A stretch of 64,000 nt of DNA from Candidatus Bathyarchaeia archaeon (lineage in GTDB: Archaea > Thermoproteota > Bathyarchaeia > TCS64), in assembly GCA_050014495.1 (NCBI GenBank), contig JBEKDF010000010.1, forward strand, positions 1 through 64,000. Reading direction: 5' to 3'. A program made the translations under genes and the position numbers. The notes beneath the pieces were generated by a model. It made no database searches and was not told the origin of the DNA. It saw only the letters and a list, made by a program, of their open reading frames with translations. Position 1 is the stretch's first letter; every line of letters starts with the position of its first letter. Of this stretch, positions 19,793-30,136 are shown piece after piece.

Positions 19793-20968
19793 TTAGCAGT
19801 GACCAAGCATGTGCTCGGCTGCCCTGCTTCTGCAGAAGACTATATAGTCGCGGTAGCCGAGGGCCTCGGCCTTCGTCTTCTTGCCGTTGGCGGTGTCGAT
19901 TATAGTCTGGTAGATGTGTTGACCGACGTTGTTTAGGCTCTCGGAGCCGTCGAGGATGGTTCCAGCGTTTATGTCCATGTTGTCCTCCATCTGTTGGTAG
20001 GTGACGGGGTTGCCGGTGATCTTTATGACGGGGGCGATTGCGTGGCCAGTTGTGCTGCCTTGTCCACTGGTGAAGCAGACTACCTGTGCGCCGGCGGCTA
20101 CCATGTGGGTGACTGATGGGACGTCCCAGCCCGTGCCGTCCTGTAGCCAGAGGCCTGGGTGGGTGGGGCGGTCGAATCGCTCCCAGTTGTTCTGGAGTAC
20201 GCCCTGTATGGGGCGGGTTCCCCCCTTTCTGATGGCGCCTAAACTCTTCTCCTCAATGGTTGTGAGGCCGCCATCTATGTTTCCGGCGCTCATCCACCTG
20301 CTGTCGATGCCTATGGCTTTGAGGCGCTCTTCGTCCTGGTCGATCATCTTGTAAACGTCTGCTGCGACCTTTTTGTTAACTGCCCTGCGTGCGAGGATGT
20401 GTTGGGTTCCGATCATCTCTTGAGGCTCGCTGAAGATTACTGTGCCACCTTCGTCAATGAGTTTGTCGCAGGCGACTCCGACTGCAGGATTGGCTGCGAG
20501 GCCGCTTGTGGCGTCGCTGCCGCCGCACTCTACGGCGAGGATGAGCTTGCTCACTGGGAAGGGCTCGGGCTTATACTCAGCTGTCTGCTGCGCCCAACGC
20601 TGGAGGATGCGGACCGCCTTCTCCTTTGTCTTGAGGGTACCGCCCTCCTGTTGGATGACGAGGGTCTCCACGGGCTTACCACTCGGCTTTACCCCGTCAG
20701 CCACGTTGTTGACGGTGAGGGACTCGCATCCTAGCCCTAGGATCAGGACAGCGGCGACGTTAGGGTTGAGAGCGGTTCCGACGAGGTTGTTAACGATGAC
20801 GGGGTCGCTACCGCAACCGTGGTACTGAGTAATAGCTACTGCTCCGTCTACCTGAGCAGCTATCTTCTTCGCTGGCTCGAAGCTGCAGTCGATAGGGGCG
20901 AGGACAAGTAGGTGATTACGGACACCTACAGACTTGTCGGGGCGTGCGTAGCCCATGAACTGGGTCAC
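19793..20968 (-). CDS. UxaA/GarD/SuyB-family dehydratase, large subunit
   Basis: GYARPD..VGVRN, GLGCE, ECGGSD..SG..ANP, GNIDGGLTTIEEKSLG. Confidence 0.92.
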   Translation of the reverse strand: MTQFMGYARPDKSVGVRNHLLVLAPIDCSFEPAKKIAAQVDGAVAITQYHGCGSDPVIVNNLVGTALNPNVAAVLILGLGCESLTVNNVADGVKPSGKPVETLVIQQEGGTLKTKEKAVRILQRWAQQTAEYKPEPFPVSKLILAVECGGSDATSGLAANPAVGVACDKLIDEGGTVIFSEPQEMIGTQHILARRAVNKKVAADVYKMIDQDEERLKAIGIDSRWMSAGNIDGGLTTIEEKSLGAIRKGGTRPIQGVLQNNWERFDRPTHPGLWLQDGTGWDVPSVTHMVAAGAQVVCFTSGQGSTTGHAIAPVIKITGNPVTYQQMEDNMDINAGTILDGSESLNNVGQHIYQTIIDTANGKKTKAEALGYRDYIVFCRSRAAEHMLGHC

Positions 20969-21276
20969 AGTATCTCAGCCTCCTTACCGCTTGTAGGCAT
21001 ACGTGCGCTGCCAACGTTGTGGGTATTCACCCAGGCCCCTGACTTTATGGGCTGTGTTGCGACGCCTATGACCTCGCCGTACTTGACGATGTTCTCACCC
21101 TTCTTAATTGTTTTAATAGCGAGCTTGTGACCGAAGGGAATGGGTTCCACTACCTTGGGCTTCAGTATCACAACCCCGTTGGGACTGATGACCTCAAGAT
21201 TCTCCCCCATCTCAACCTCGCTGGTTGATGTGGCGACGTTGTCTTTCTCGTCGATCTGTATCGCCTTCTTGACCAT
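20965..21276 (-). CDS. SAF-domain small subunit of the UxaA-family dehydratase
   Basis: KDNVAT, IPFGHKLA, VKYGEVIGVA..I..GAWVNTHN. Confidence 0.9.
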   Translation of the reverse strand: MVKKAIQIDEKDNVATSTSEVEMGENLEVISPNGVVILKPKVVEPIPFGHKLAIKTIKKGENIVKYGEVIGVATQPIKSGAWVNTHNVGSARMPTSGKEAEIL

Positions 21277-21316
21277 AACGAGTCTATTGGGGTCCCTCGC
21301 TTCTAAATAATTGTAC

Positions 21317-21589
21317 CTAGTAGCCACCATCGATTACAGCACGGAGGATCTGAGTCCCCTTCTCTGTGAGATACAGCACCTTTCCATTTCTGTAGGTGCG
21401 ACGGGAGTTGATTATGCCGAGGAGTCGAAGTTGCCTCAAGACACCGGGGGGAATGGTCTTGGTTAGGCGACGCACATCGATGTTACGGAGGTCATCCGAG
21501 TAGAAGGCAACGAGGTTCCTAGTGCTCATCTCGGTGATCTGCTTCTCCAATTCGGGGGTTAGTTCAGCTAATGATTGGCCAGTCTCCAT
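21317..21589 (-). CDS. Small hypothetical protein, winged-helix-like
   Basis: LRQLRLLGII...LYLTEKG wing signature. Confidence 0.55.
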   Translation of the reverse strand: METGQSLAELTPELEKQITEMSTRNLVAFYSDDLRNIDVRRLTKTIPPGVLRQLRLLGIINSRRTYRNGKVLYLTEKGTQILRAVIDGGY

Positions 21590-21599
21590 GTTATTTCAC

Positions 21600-21992
21600 C
21601 TAGACTATATTCAGGGAACACGAGCAGCCCCTCACATCGATGAGACTGGGCATCGATTCCCTGTGTAGTTTGCAAACGAGCCCCTCGGAGCGAGCGACTG
21701 CACACGCCCTGCAGAGCTTGAGGAGTAGGACGTCGAGTGGGCTCTCCCCCGCTGCGATGTCTCGTGACAGCTCGTCGACTAGCTCCATAACCTTCCCACT
21801 GCCCTCGAGGAGGGTTGTGGCGGAGCCTCCTCTGACGTGGCTGAGGTACTGGGTAACAGCTGCTGGGGTGATGCCCATCTTCGCTGCTGCGTCGGACCTC
21901 TTCATCCCATATTTTTCGACAAGTTCCCTAGTGATCTCCAGTCGGAGTGCGGGGAGGATGTGTTGTACTACGACCATGCAGGGGGGCTTCAT
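21600..21992 (-). CDS. HTH transcriptional regulator (archaeal, Cys-rich C-terminus)
   Basis: MKPPC..ILPALR..LV...AAKMGITPAAVTQYL...RG; CxxC and CxxH. Confidence 0.85.
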   Translation of the reverse strand: MKPPCMVVVQHILPALRLEITRELVEKYGMKRSDAAAKMGITPAAVTQYLSHVRGGSATTLLEGSGKVMELVDELSRDIAAGESPLDVLLLKLCRACAVARSEGLVCKLHRESMPSLIDVRGCSCSLNIV

Positions 21993-22102
21993 CGCCGCAT
22001 GTTTACTTAACGGCGTTAATATACCTGATGGCGTTAAAACGACTTCTGTCGCAACCACTAAGTAATTTAAGGTAAAAGGTCGACGCTTCATCTGGTGTAA
22101 AC

Positions 22103-22984
22103 ATGAAGTCCCTCAGCGGTGTCATACCCCTCCCACCCACTCCCCTTACGAAGAAGGGGAGCGTGGATTCCGAGGACCTGAAGAAGCTCATCGACTATCA
22201 GTTCGAAAATGGCTGCGATGGCGTTGGTGTCCTTGCCGGCATAGGCGAGGGCTACCTGATGGCACAGAAGGAATGGATGAATGTTGTAAAGATTGCTGTC
22301 GACCATGTCAATGGTAGGGGTCCCCTCATTGTTGGTGCCGCCGCCATGGGGACGGATGCCTCAGTCGACCTCATTAAAGAGGCTGCAGACATTGGTGCTG
22401 ATGCCATACTATCCTTTAACCCAATAGGGTATAGAAGGTATACGAATGAGGAGACTTATAGGCACTTTAAGACACAGGCAGAAGCAGCTGAGATTACACT
22501 TGTCCCTTACGCGAGGGAGGACGATCTTATCGCCCCCGAGGTAATGAAGAGGCTCGTAGACGAAGGGCTCGTCAGCCACATGAAGTGGGCCTATAGGAGC
22601 TGTAGCATACTCCAGCAACTTATCGCTACCAATGGTGATAAGCTATACCTGTTCTGCGGTGCCGACTCGTGGACACTCCGATACATCCTCCTGGGTTGCC
22701 AGGGGATAATGACGGCGACGGCCGCCGTCCTCCCCGCTGAGAACGTTGAGTTACTAAGACTGGTGAAGGCGAAGAAGATCAAAGAGGCACGGGAGTACTG
22801 GTATAAGAAATTCCTTCCATGGAACGATTCAGGCTTCTACGAGAATTGGCAGTGGGCGCATAAGTACGCGATGAAGCTGATGGGTGTCATGAAGACGGAT
22901 GAGATGGTGGTCCCACAGGCGAAAGGTGCCGACTACCAGAAGGCGGAGATCGTGGCTTTGATGAAGTATCTTGATAAGATCTAA
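22103..22984 (+). CDS. Dihydrodipicolinate synthase family aldolase/dehydratase (non-DapA)
   Basis: PTPL..GSVD, AGIGEG (no TT), Schiff-base Lys in HMKW, GAD. Confidence 0.85.
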   Translation: MKSLSGVIPLPPTPLTKKGSVDSEDLKKLIDYQFENGCDGVGVLAGIGEGYLMAQKEWMNVVKIAVDHVNGRGPLIVGAAAMGTDASVDLIKEAADIGADAILSFNPIGYRRYTNEETYRHFKTQAEAAEITLVPYAREDDLIAPEVMKRLVDEGLVSHMKWAYRSCSILQQLIATNGDKLYLFCGADSWTLRYILLGCQGIMTATAAVLPAENVELLRLVKAKKIKEAREYWYKKFLPWNDSGFYENWQWAHKYAMKLMGVMKTDEMVVPQAKGADYQKAEIVALMKYLDKI

Positions 22985-23094
22985 CATCCTTTTCTGTCTC
23001 CCCATCGTAAACAAGATAAAATGAGGTGCTTGCACATCATTTGGTTGGTCTAGGATGAATTGAACCTATATTGCTTACCCGGATAGAGGATTGG

Positions 23095-24390
23095 TTAAGG
23101 TTCATATGTATTTGACGGGTCAGAGTTGGGACTAACTAGGTAGGAGGCCGGGATTCCACTTGTTCCATCGGGAAGGACCGCGACCCTTGGACTCCCTTTG
23201 TGGTACATCTTCAGCTCCTCTAAGACCTCGTCCCATCTCTTACACCATATAACTGTTCCCGGTGTACCCAACCTGTATTCCAGTGTCTTCATAGGGTAGG
23301 GGCTAAAGACGATGAGACGAGCGCCGCGGGTAAGGTTTCGTGCCTTGCCGCTCCAGAGGCTTGCTGCGGCGTACTTGCCGTGGTTGTTGAATATCCAGTG
23401 GTTAATGTCACCCTCGGGGTCGTTACAGATCAGGACGACGGAGCCATCCTGCTTTACGGATTCCTGGGCAGGCCAAAGGCCGAGGTAGGGCTCGTTAGGG
23501 CGCATGTAACTGTTGACGACTACTATATCCATCTCCTTGGGGGACTCGGTGCTGTGCCAACGTTTGACGCCCTCGGAGGCCCTTCTGTGGGTCTGTACAA
23601 AGTCACCTGCATATGTTTCTATAGGGTCCCTCTTGAGGTTGAGTACGGAGTCTATCTTGAAGTCTAGGCCGGCGATGCGGGCGGTCTCCTCGACGTCGAG
23701 ACGAAGCACGTTCTCGTCGTTGCAGAGGTAGCCGGTTGTAGGGTGGGGCTTAAGACCAGGGCCGAATCCGCCGAGGGATCCATGGTTGGTACGGATTGTC
23801 TCAATCCCAGCAACGCCTGGGCTGATTATCTTGCCACCGCCACTGAAACCGCTCATCCTGTGGTAAAGGACGCTGCCTACACCTATCTTTAGGTCGCAGG
23901 CCATCACCTCAGAGTTAACCCATACTGGTGTCCCATAGCTTGTTGTGCCGATGTGTTTGCACATCTCGTAGGGATTGTGGTTGTAGACTGGGTACCTGTC
24001 GAGTATATCCTCACCGAGTTTCTTAGCGAAGAACCGACGACTGAATGTTCCGTGGCTCCCCGGGGCGACTATAAACCGGATACAATCGTCCTTGATGCCG
24101 GCTTTCTTAATCTCCTCTAGCACAATGGGGGCGTATTGGTGGGTCTTCGTGGGTCGGGTGGAGTCGTCAAAGATAATTACCGCTTCTTTTCGGTCCTTCG
24201 CGAGCTTGGCTAAGGGTTTCGTACCGAGGGGGTTCCTGATCGCTTTCCTTATATGAGCCTTCGTGAGCCCCTTCTGATCCTCCCCTGCCATCCTGCACCG
24301 CTGGACCTTCCAGCTGAGTGGGAATGTGAGCTGGAGGGGTTTGTCCTTAAACCAAGGCTGACCAGGTACCTCAACGATTGTTTCTACCAA
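23095..24390 (-). CDS. LarA-family nickel-pincer racemase/epimerase
   Basis: IIFDDSTRPT, GSHG, GTTSYGTPV, HRMSGFSGGGKII.PG, NH. Confidence 0.88.
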   Translation of the reverse strand: MVETIVEVPGQPWFKDKPLQLTFPLSWKVQRCRMAGEDQKGLTKAHIRKAIRNPLGTKPLAKLAKDRKEAVIIFDDSTRPTKTHQYAPIVLEEIKKAGIKDDCIRFIVAPGSHGTFSRRFFAKKLGEDILDRYPVYNHNPYEMCKHIGTTSYGTPVWVNSEVMACDLKIGVGSVLYHRMSGFSGGGKIISPGVAGIETIRTNHGSLGGFGPGLKPHPTTGYLCNDENVLRLDVEETARIAGLDFKIDSVLNLKRDPIETYAGDFVQTHRRASEGVKRWHSTESPKEMDIVVVNSYMRPNEPYLGLWPAQESVKQDGSVVLICNDPEGDINHWIFNNHGKYAAASLWSGKARNLTRGARLIVFSPYPMKTLEYRLGTPGTVIWCKRWDEVLEELKMYHKGSPRVAVLPDGTSGIPASYLVSPNSDPSNTYEP

Positions 24391-24453
24391 ATCAGTTCCT
24401 CACGGAATCTTACGAAGAAGATGCTACGTTGAGGGATATAATACCCTCTGGCA

Positions 24454-25056
24454 TCAGTCGTTGTACCGCTTTCTAAGGCTAGGGGTGGTTCTGAGAATGA
24501 TTAGGGTTCGTTCAACGGCGTCGACCCACTCGACCAACTCAGTTTGCCTTGCAGCTGGGCTGAGGACGCCGTGATCTTTGCCTCTACCGATTTCCCGCGC
24601 CATACGACTTCGGTAGACACTGAGACTGCGATCACCTAGTCGATCTACCTCGAACCAGTCCTCGCTAAGGATGACGACTCGTGGTATCCTTGGAGCACCC
24701 ATGATCTTAAGCTCGTCTCTTAGCTCATTGGAAGTGTCTCGGTCGATGATGCGCAGCTCCGCCTTCTCCCCAATGACTCCAACTATCCCCTTCAGGTAGG
24801 GGGCGACCCGTGCGCAATCAAGGCACCAAGGGGCACCCAGCATGAGCACATTGAGAGTCCGATTGTAGCCCTGCAGACGTGCTCTCTGATCAGTGGAAAG
24901 CTCCGGGGCTCTTTTAGCAGACTCCGCCCAACGCTGTACCTGGTCATGCGGCGCGCCTACGAGGAACTCGTCGATGGTCTTAGCTGCCTCCCAGCTCCTT
25001 CTCCACAGATCGGCGTGTATATCATAGTAAGCAGGATTTTCTCCCTGACCACTCAT
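24454..25056 (-). CDS. Thioredoxin-family protein
   Basis: WCLDC and GAPRIP cis-Pro loop. Confidence 0.85.
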   Translation of the reverse strand: MSGQGENPAYYDIHADLWRRSWEAAKTIDEFLVGAPHDQVQRWAESAKRAPELSTDQRARLQGYNRTLNVLMLGAPWCLDCARVAPYLKGIVGVIGEKAELRIIDRDTSNELRDELKIMGAPRIPRVVILSEDWFEVDRLGDRSLSVYRSRMAREIGRGKDHGVLSPAARQTELVEWVDAVERTLIILRTTPSLRKRYND

Positions 25057-25093
25057 AATCGAAAAAAGGATACACGGGGATTATTAGGATTCC

Positions 25094-25834
25094 TTAAATT
25101 TCCGGTGGGACGAGCCTGCTTAAGCTTCTCTTCAGCCATCCCTCGTAGAGGATGTCAAGGGGACTCGGTATCATCTGGTCATGCCTTGCGTATGTCTCGA
25201 AGATGGCACGCTTCCTATGGTAGGTGACATCTGGCAGGTTCGGGTGGGCTAAGTCGCAGTTGTAGCCCCTGAAAAGCATCTGATAAACTCCCGTCCTCCT
25301 TGCGGCTTCGACCGCAAAAAGCCCAGTGTAAAGGTGATCAATATGGTCACAGCCGGCGATCCAGCCATCTGGGTCATGTGTAGAGACCACATCGGCGTCA
25401 GCGAGGCGGATTATTTCGGCTAGAGCTGTGATCAGTCCCTCCCGCGTGTATTTTTCAGAGTAGTCCAAGGCATCCACCTCCTCACCGCCCATATTCTCTC
25501 AAGCGCCTTGCTTGGTATCCGCTCTATGCTCATGCAGCCGCCGTCGGGAAGGCGAAGGAAAACTAGCCTGACCTCTCCATTGGCTGAGACAGATGTCGCT
25601 ATACTCCTCCCAGCAATGTGGAGTGTCTCGTCCCTCCATCCAAAGGATCCCATCGCAGAGTAGGCGACCCGCTCCCCCTCCTCACGCTCCCGCCAGTAAT
25701 CCTCCAAGTCCCGCATCCCCCGCCATCACATAAACCGTCCACACACCTACACCGGATGCAAGATCCTCCATTAAGCACGGGCTCATGAAGATCAGATCAT
25801 CATCCTGGTGCGCGGAGACATAGAGATGGGCCAT
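25094..25834 (-). pseudogene. PIG-L family deacetylase, broken by two frameshifts
   Basis: ATG 25834 gives MAHLYVSAHQDDDLIFM...AGDAG; the next frame gives YWREREEG...FLRLPDG; a third gives THDP...DHIDH. Confidence 0.8.
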
Positions 25835-25981
25835 AAAAGAGAATACGACTCCAAACTATCTAAGGATGACCTAGAAACCCAAACCCCCGGAAAAAATCAT
25901 TTCTGAAGAATCGCATATGTAAGAAAAACAACAAGACGGGTAAATTGCGTTCTAAGAGCCTAGAAGGCCTCCTGAGCGCGT

Positions 25982-26836
25982 ATGCAAAATCTCTTAACCA
26001 TCGCATCCATTGTGTCTGAGATACCTTTGATCGAGATTCGCTTCCATGGCAGGGGAGGGCAGGGGGCCGTAACAGCCTCAAGGGTCCTCGCTATAGCTGC
26101 TTTCCTGGAGGGGCATCATAGCCAATCAATCCCCATGTATGGGACCGAGAGGCGTGGGGCTCCTGTTACTGCCTTCGTCCGCATAGGGGAGAAGAGTAGG
26201 ATGATCAGGAGTCTTGTCCACGAGCCTGATTATGTTGTCGTACTCGATTCCCTCCTCAGGAATACTGTGAACATAACAGAGGGATTGAAACCGGGTGGAA
26301 TGATAATCATAAACAGTACCACTCCACCAGAGGAAATGGAGTTCACCTCAGAGTATAGGGTGGCCACAGTTGACGCCACAAAAGTGGCGCTCGAAACCAT
26401 CGGCCGCCCAATCACTAACACTGCAATACTCGGCGCCTTCGCAAAGGGCACCGGCGAGGTAAAGCTCGAGTCACTGCTTAAAGCGGTTAAGACTGAGATG
26501 TCGGGCCGCATGGCAGACACAAACGCCAAGGCAGTCGAGCAGGCGTATAACTCCACAATTGTTGGGAAGAACAAAGTCGTCAAGGAGCTGAAAAAGGTCG
26601 CCCAAGCCCCCGCAAACAGCCGAGCTGACTGGCGTACCTTCCGTCCAGTCGTAGACGCTTCCAAGTGCACAGGATGCCAAATCTGTTGGACCTTCTGTCC
26701 AGAGCACAGCATCAATATGGTGGAGAAGAAGAGCGCTATTGACTACATCTACTGCAAGGGCTGCGGTATCTGCGCTGAAGAGTGCCCAACGAAGGCCATC
26801 ACCATGGTGATGGAGAGCGAGAAGAAGGAGGATTAG
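25982..26836 (+). CDS. 2-oxoacid:ferredoxin oxidoreductase gamma-delta fusion
   Basis: [19 protein letters not shown], then WRTFRP and two CxxCxxCxxxCP clusters; true start may be about 26012-26027. Confidence 0.92.
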
Positions 26837-26839
26837 ACG

Positions 26840-28006
26840 ATGCCACACACTGAGCTTATGGTTGGAAACAAAGCTGTCGCGTATGGTGCTAAACTAGCAC
26901 GGGTCCAAGTGATATCTGCCTACCCGATTACGCCGCAGACGACTATTGTCCAGTACCTCGCAGAATTCATCGCCAACGGGGAGCTGAAAGCCAAGTTCAT
27001 AGAGGTCGAATCTGAGCTTAGCGCTATGGTTGCTGTGCAGGGTGCAAGCTTCGCGGGCGCTCGCGTATTTACCGCAACCTCTGGTCCTGGCTTATTCTTC
27101 ATGCACCACCCTATGATGGAGGGGGCAGACCTCCCCGTCGTCATGGGTGTTGTTCACAGAAGTAATAAGAGCATGCAGCCCGACCACACTGACCTCATGG
27201 CGCAGAGGGACAATGGCTGGATACAGCTTTACTGTGAGAATAACCAGGAGGCTCTTGATACAGCTCTTATGAGTTACAAGATTGCAGAGGATCCTCGTCT
27301 CTCAACGCCAACTGTCTTTGGCATAGACGGATATATCCTCAGCTACACAGCAGAGCCAGTTGAGATTCCTGACCAAGAGGCCGTCGATGAATGGTTACCA
27401 CCCCTCAACGCCCCTTGGGCTCCAGATATCCATCTCCCAGTACAAGAGTGGAAGAAGAGGCAGGGACGCATGTATGGTAACCAAATGGCGTGGCTTAACC
27501 ACGACACGAAATTTAGGAGCAGTCTCAAGGTGATCAATGAGGTAAACGCAGACTTCGAGAAGACCTTCGGACGAGGCTATGGCAATGGTCTCATCGAAGA
27601 GCACAACTGCGATGGGGCCGAAGCGGTGATAATCGCTATGGGTACAATAGCATCGACTGCACGCGTGGTCATAGACGACATGAAGGCAGAGGGAAAGAAG
27701 GTAGGGCTCATCAAGCTCAAGTGCTATCGCCCATTCCCAGTCGACGAAATAAGAAATCTAGCCAAGAAGTATTACTCCATCGGAGTCATCGACAGAAACG
27801 TCAGCCTTGGAGGAGGTGGCAACGTTCTCAACGAGACCAGGAGCGCCCTCTATGACATGTCGGAGAGGCCAAAGGTCCTCGGATTCCATACCGGCATGGC
27901 AGGAGATGAGGTCACACCACAGATGATCAAGAGAATAGCCGAGAAGACTCTCAAGGCAGTCAGGGATCCAGTTCCCACTGCCGTCGAGTGGATAGGAGGC
28001 GCATAA
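26840..28006 (+). CDS. 2-oxoacid:ferredoxin oxidoreductase alpha subunit
   Basis: AYPITPQT, VESE, TATSGPG, YRPFP. Confidence 0.92.
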   Translation: MPHTELMVGNKAVAYGAKLARVQVISAYPITPQTTIVQYLAEFIANGELKAKFIEVESELSAMVAVQGASFAGARVFTATSGPGLFFMHHPMMEGADLPVVMGVVHRSNKSMQPDHTDLMAQRDNGWIQLYCENNQEALDTALMSYKIAEDPRLSTPTVFGIDGYILSYTAEPVEIPDQEAVDEWLPPLNAPWAPDIHLPVQEWKKRQGRMYGNQMAWLNHDTKFRSSLKVINEVNADFEKTFGRGYGNGLIEEHNCDGAEAVIIAMGTIASTARVVIDDMKAEGKKVGLIKLKCYRPFPVDEIRNLAKKYYSIGVIDRNVSLGGGGNVLNETRSALYDMSERPKVLGFHTGMAGDEVTPQMIKRIAEKTLKAVRDPVPTAVEWIGGA

Positions 28007-28007
28007 A

Positions 28008-28907
28008 ATGAGTAAACCAACACCTCTCCAGCGTGTCGAAGGCGAGGAGATCATGGCACTAGGCAATAGCAGCTGCCAAGGTTGTGGCCACGCTACGCTG
28101 GCTAGAATCACCTTCAGAGTGCTGGGGAGAAATACCGTCTACACATCTGTCCCCGGCTGCATCTGGATAGCTCTCCAAGGGAGTATCCCTCTATACTGGC
28201 GGGGAACCGTCTTCGAGGGTGGAGGCGCCCTCATTAGTGGCATAACCAACGGCCTCGAAGCAGTGGGGAAGGATATGACCGTAGTAGGATTCTATGGCGA
28301 TGGCGGGACAGCGGATATTGGCCTCCAAGCCATGAGTGCGGCAGCGGAGAGGAATGAGAACGTCCTCTGGATATGCGCCGACAACGAAGCATATATGAAT
28401 ACGGGAGGACAGCGTAGTGGCTTGACGCCCATATATGCGTCCACTACGACGACACCCGTCGCATCACAGAGCAGGGGGAAGAAGTCGAATAAGAAGAATG
28501 TTCCCTTCATCATGGCGGCTCACAACATCCCCTATGTCGCAACGGCCAGTATAGCTTACCCCAACGATCTCATTGGGAAACTCCAATACGCTAAGGGGCT
28601 AAAGGGCTTCAAGTACATTCACGTTCAGAGCCCCTGCCCAACGGGGTGGGGTTTTGACCCAGCTCGCACAATAAAGGTAGCGCGCCTAATGGTCGAGTCC
28701 GGGATATGGCCACTTTATGAGGTCACCGAGGGCAACAACTTCAAACTCACATACAAGCCCCGTGAGCTGAAGCCGGTAAGGGAGGCGCTTAGCTTACAGG
28801 GCAGGTTCAGACATCTTGATGACTCGGAGTACGAGTACATTCAGGGGCAAACCGTCGATAGGTGGAGACAGCTTCTCGACGTCGACGGTAAGAGACTCCC
28901 CATGTAA
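28008..28907 (+). CDS. 2-oxoacid:ferredoxin oxidoreductase beta subunit
   Basis: CQGCG, GDGGTADIG, DNEAYMNTGGQRS, SPCPTGW. Confidence 0.93.
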   Translation: MSKPTPLQRVEGEEIMALGNSSCQGCGHATLARITFRVLGRNTVYTSVPGCIWIALQGSIPLYWRGTVFEGGGALISGITNGLEAVGKDMTVVGFYGDGGTADIGLQAMSAAAERNENVLWICADNEAYMNTGGQRSGLTPIYASTTTTPVASQSRGKKSNKKNVPFIMAAHNIPYVATASIAYPNDLIGKLQYAKGLKGFKYIHVQSPCPTGWGFDPARTIKVARLMVESGIWPLYEVTEGNNFKLTYKPRELKPVREALSLQGRFRHLDDSEYEYIQGQTVDRWRQLLDVDGKRLPM

Positions 28908-28948
28908 TCTCTTTGACTGCATATCCTATTATTAGACACGTCTTAACT

Positions 28949-30040
28949 CTATTTTACTAGGTACCCTTCTAGGGCGTCCTCTCTCGGCTCGAGGCCGAGC
29001 CCAGGCTCCTCAGAGAGGGTTACCCATCCCTTCACCGGACTGGGTGGATCCTTGTAGATCGCGTCCCCGACTTTCCACATGAGATAGTGGAACTCGACTC
29101 GCCACCCGTTTGGAGCTGCGGCCTGGAGGTGCATGTTATGATGGGGCCAACCGCCACCGTTAGCTATCAGTAGGTTAAATGCCTGTGCCATCGCCGCCAC
29201 CTTCATACCCTCCGTATAGCCACCAACGTAGCAGACATTGGGCTGAAGGATGTCGACAGAGCTGTTTAGAAGAAGTTCGAGGTGGCGGAACTTTGAGCCT
29301 TCGTTCTGCCCAGCGGAGATCGGAATACTAGTTTTCCTGCGAAGGTCAGCGAGTAGACGCGGGTCGTTCCCATATAGGGGCTCCTCGAACCAACTAATTT
29401 TATACGGTTCAGCTTTTTTCGCTAGCTCAAGCGCCCTGTTAAATGAAAAGAGGTAATTGGCGTCTATCATAAGCTGTACTTTATCGCCGATTGCGTCCCT
29501 AACCGCCTTAATACGGGAGGCGTCTTCTGCTGGGTCATCGGCGTCGTTGATGGCGACGACCATTTTAAGCTTGTCCTGCCCCTCCTTGACGAAGCGTGTA
29601 GCCATCTCGACGAGCTGATCCCTATCGAATTCGAGTAGACCGAAGGTGACGTAGGCTGGGACCTTCTTCTTTGCCCCCCCAAGTAGTCTCCAAACAGGCT
29701 CGTCGTAGTGTTTTCCCTTCACGTCCCAGAGAGCAATGTCTATGGCGCTTATTGCGGAGCTCCACATCCCCGTTTGACTACGAGGATTGTGTGTGAGATA
29801 CATCTGATTCCATAGAGCCTCGGTCTCAAGCGGGTTCTTCCCCTTCAGAAAGGGGGCTAGTTCCTTGTTGATGAATTCCTTTACCCCGTAGCGTTGTATG
29901 GCCCCAGTAAGGCCATACCCCGTTATTCCCTCGTCAGTCTCCAACCTGACGAATACTATTGGGCGATCATATTCTCTCTCTATGATCGGCACATGGATGG
30001 GCACGTTGTAAATCTCAGCCTTAATCGAGGTAATCTTCAT
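28949..30040 (-). CDS. Mandelate racemase/muconate lactonizing enzyme family
   Basis: AIDIALWD, KLKM, DAN, WFEEP, AGQNE, PGLG. Confidence 0.92.
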   Translation of the reverse strand: MKITSIKAEIYNVPIHVPIIEREYDRPIVFVRLETDEGITGYGLTGAIQRYGVKEFINKELAPFLKGKNPLETEALWNQMYLTHNPRSQTGMWSSAISAIDIALWDVKGKHYDEPVWRLLGGAKKKVPAYVTFGLLEFDRDQLVEMATRFVKEGQDKLKMVVAINDADDPAEDASRIKAVRDAIGDKVQLMIDANYLFSFNRALELAKKAEPYKISWFEEPLYGNDPRLLADLRRKTSIPISAGQNEGSKFRHLELLLNSSVDILQPNVCYVGGYTEGMKVAAMAQAFNLLIANGGGWPHHNMHLQAAAPNGWRVEFHYLMWKVGDAIYKDPPSPVKGWVTLSEEPGLGLEPREDALEGYLVK

Positions 30041-30136
30041 CCGAGGACACACTCGGATCAGTAATCAATCAACAACGGTTTATCACCTTCCACGATATGG
30101 GTGATCTTTTCTACCCCGCTTAACCCTCTGCATATT

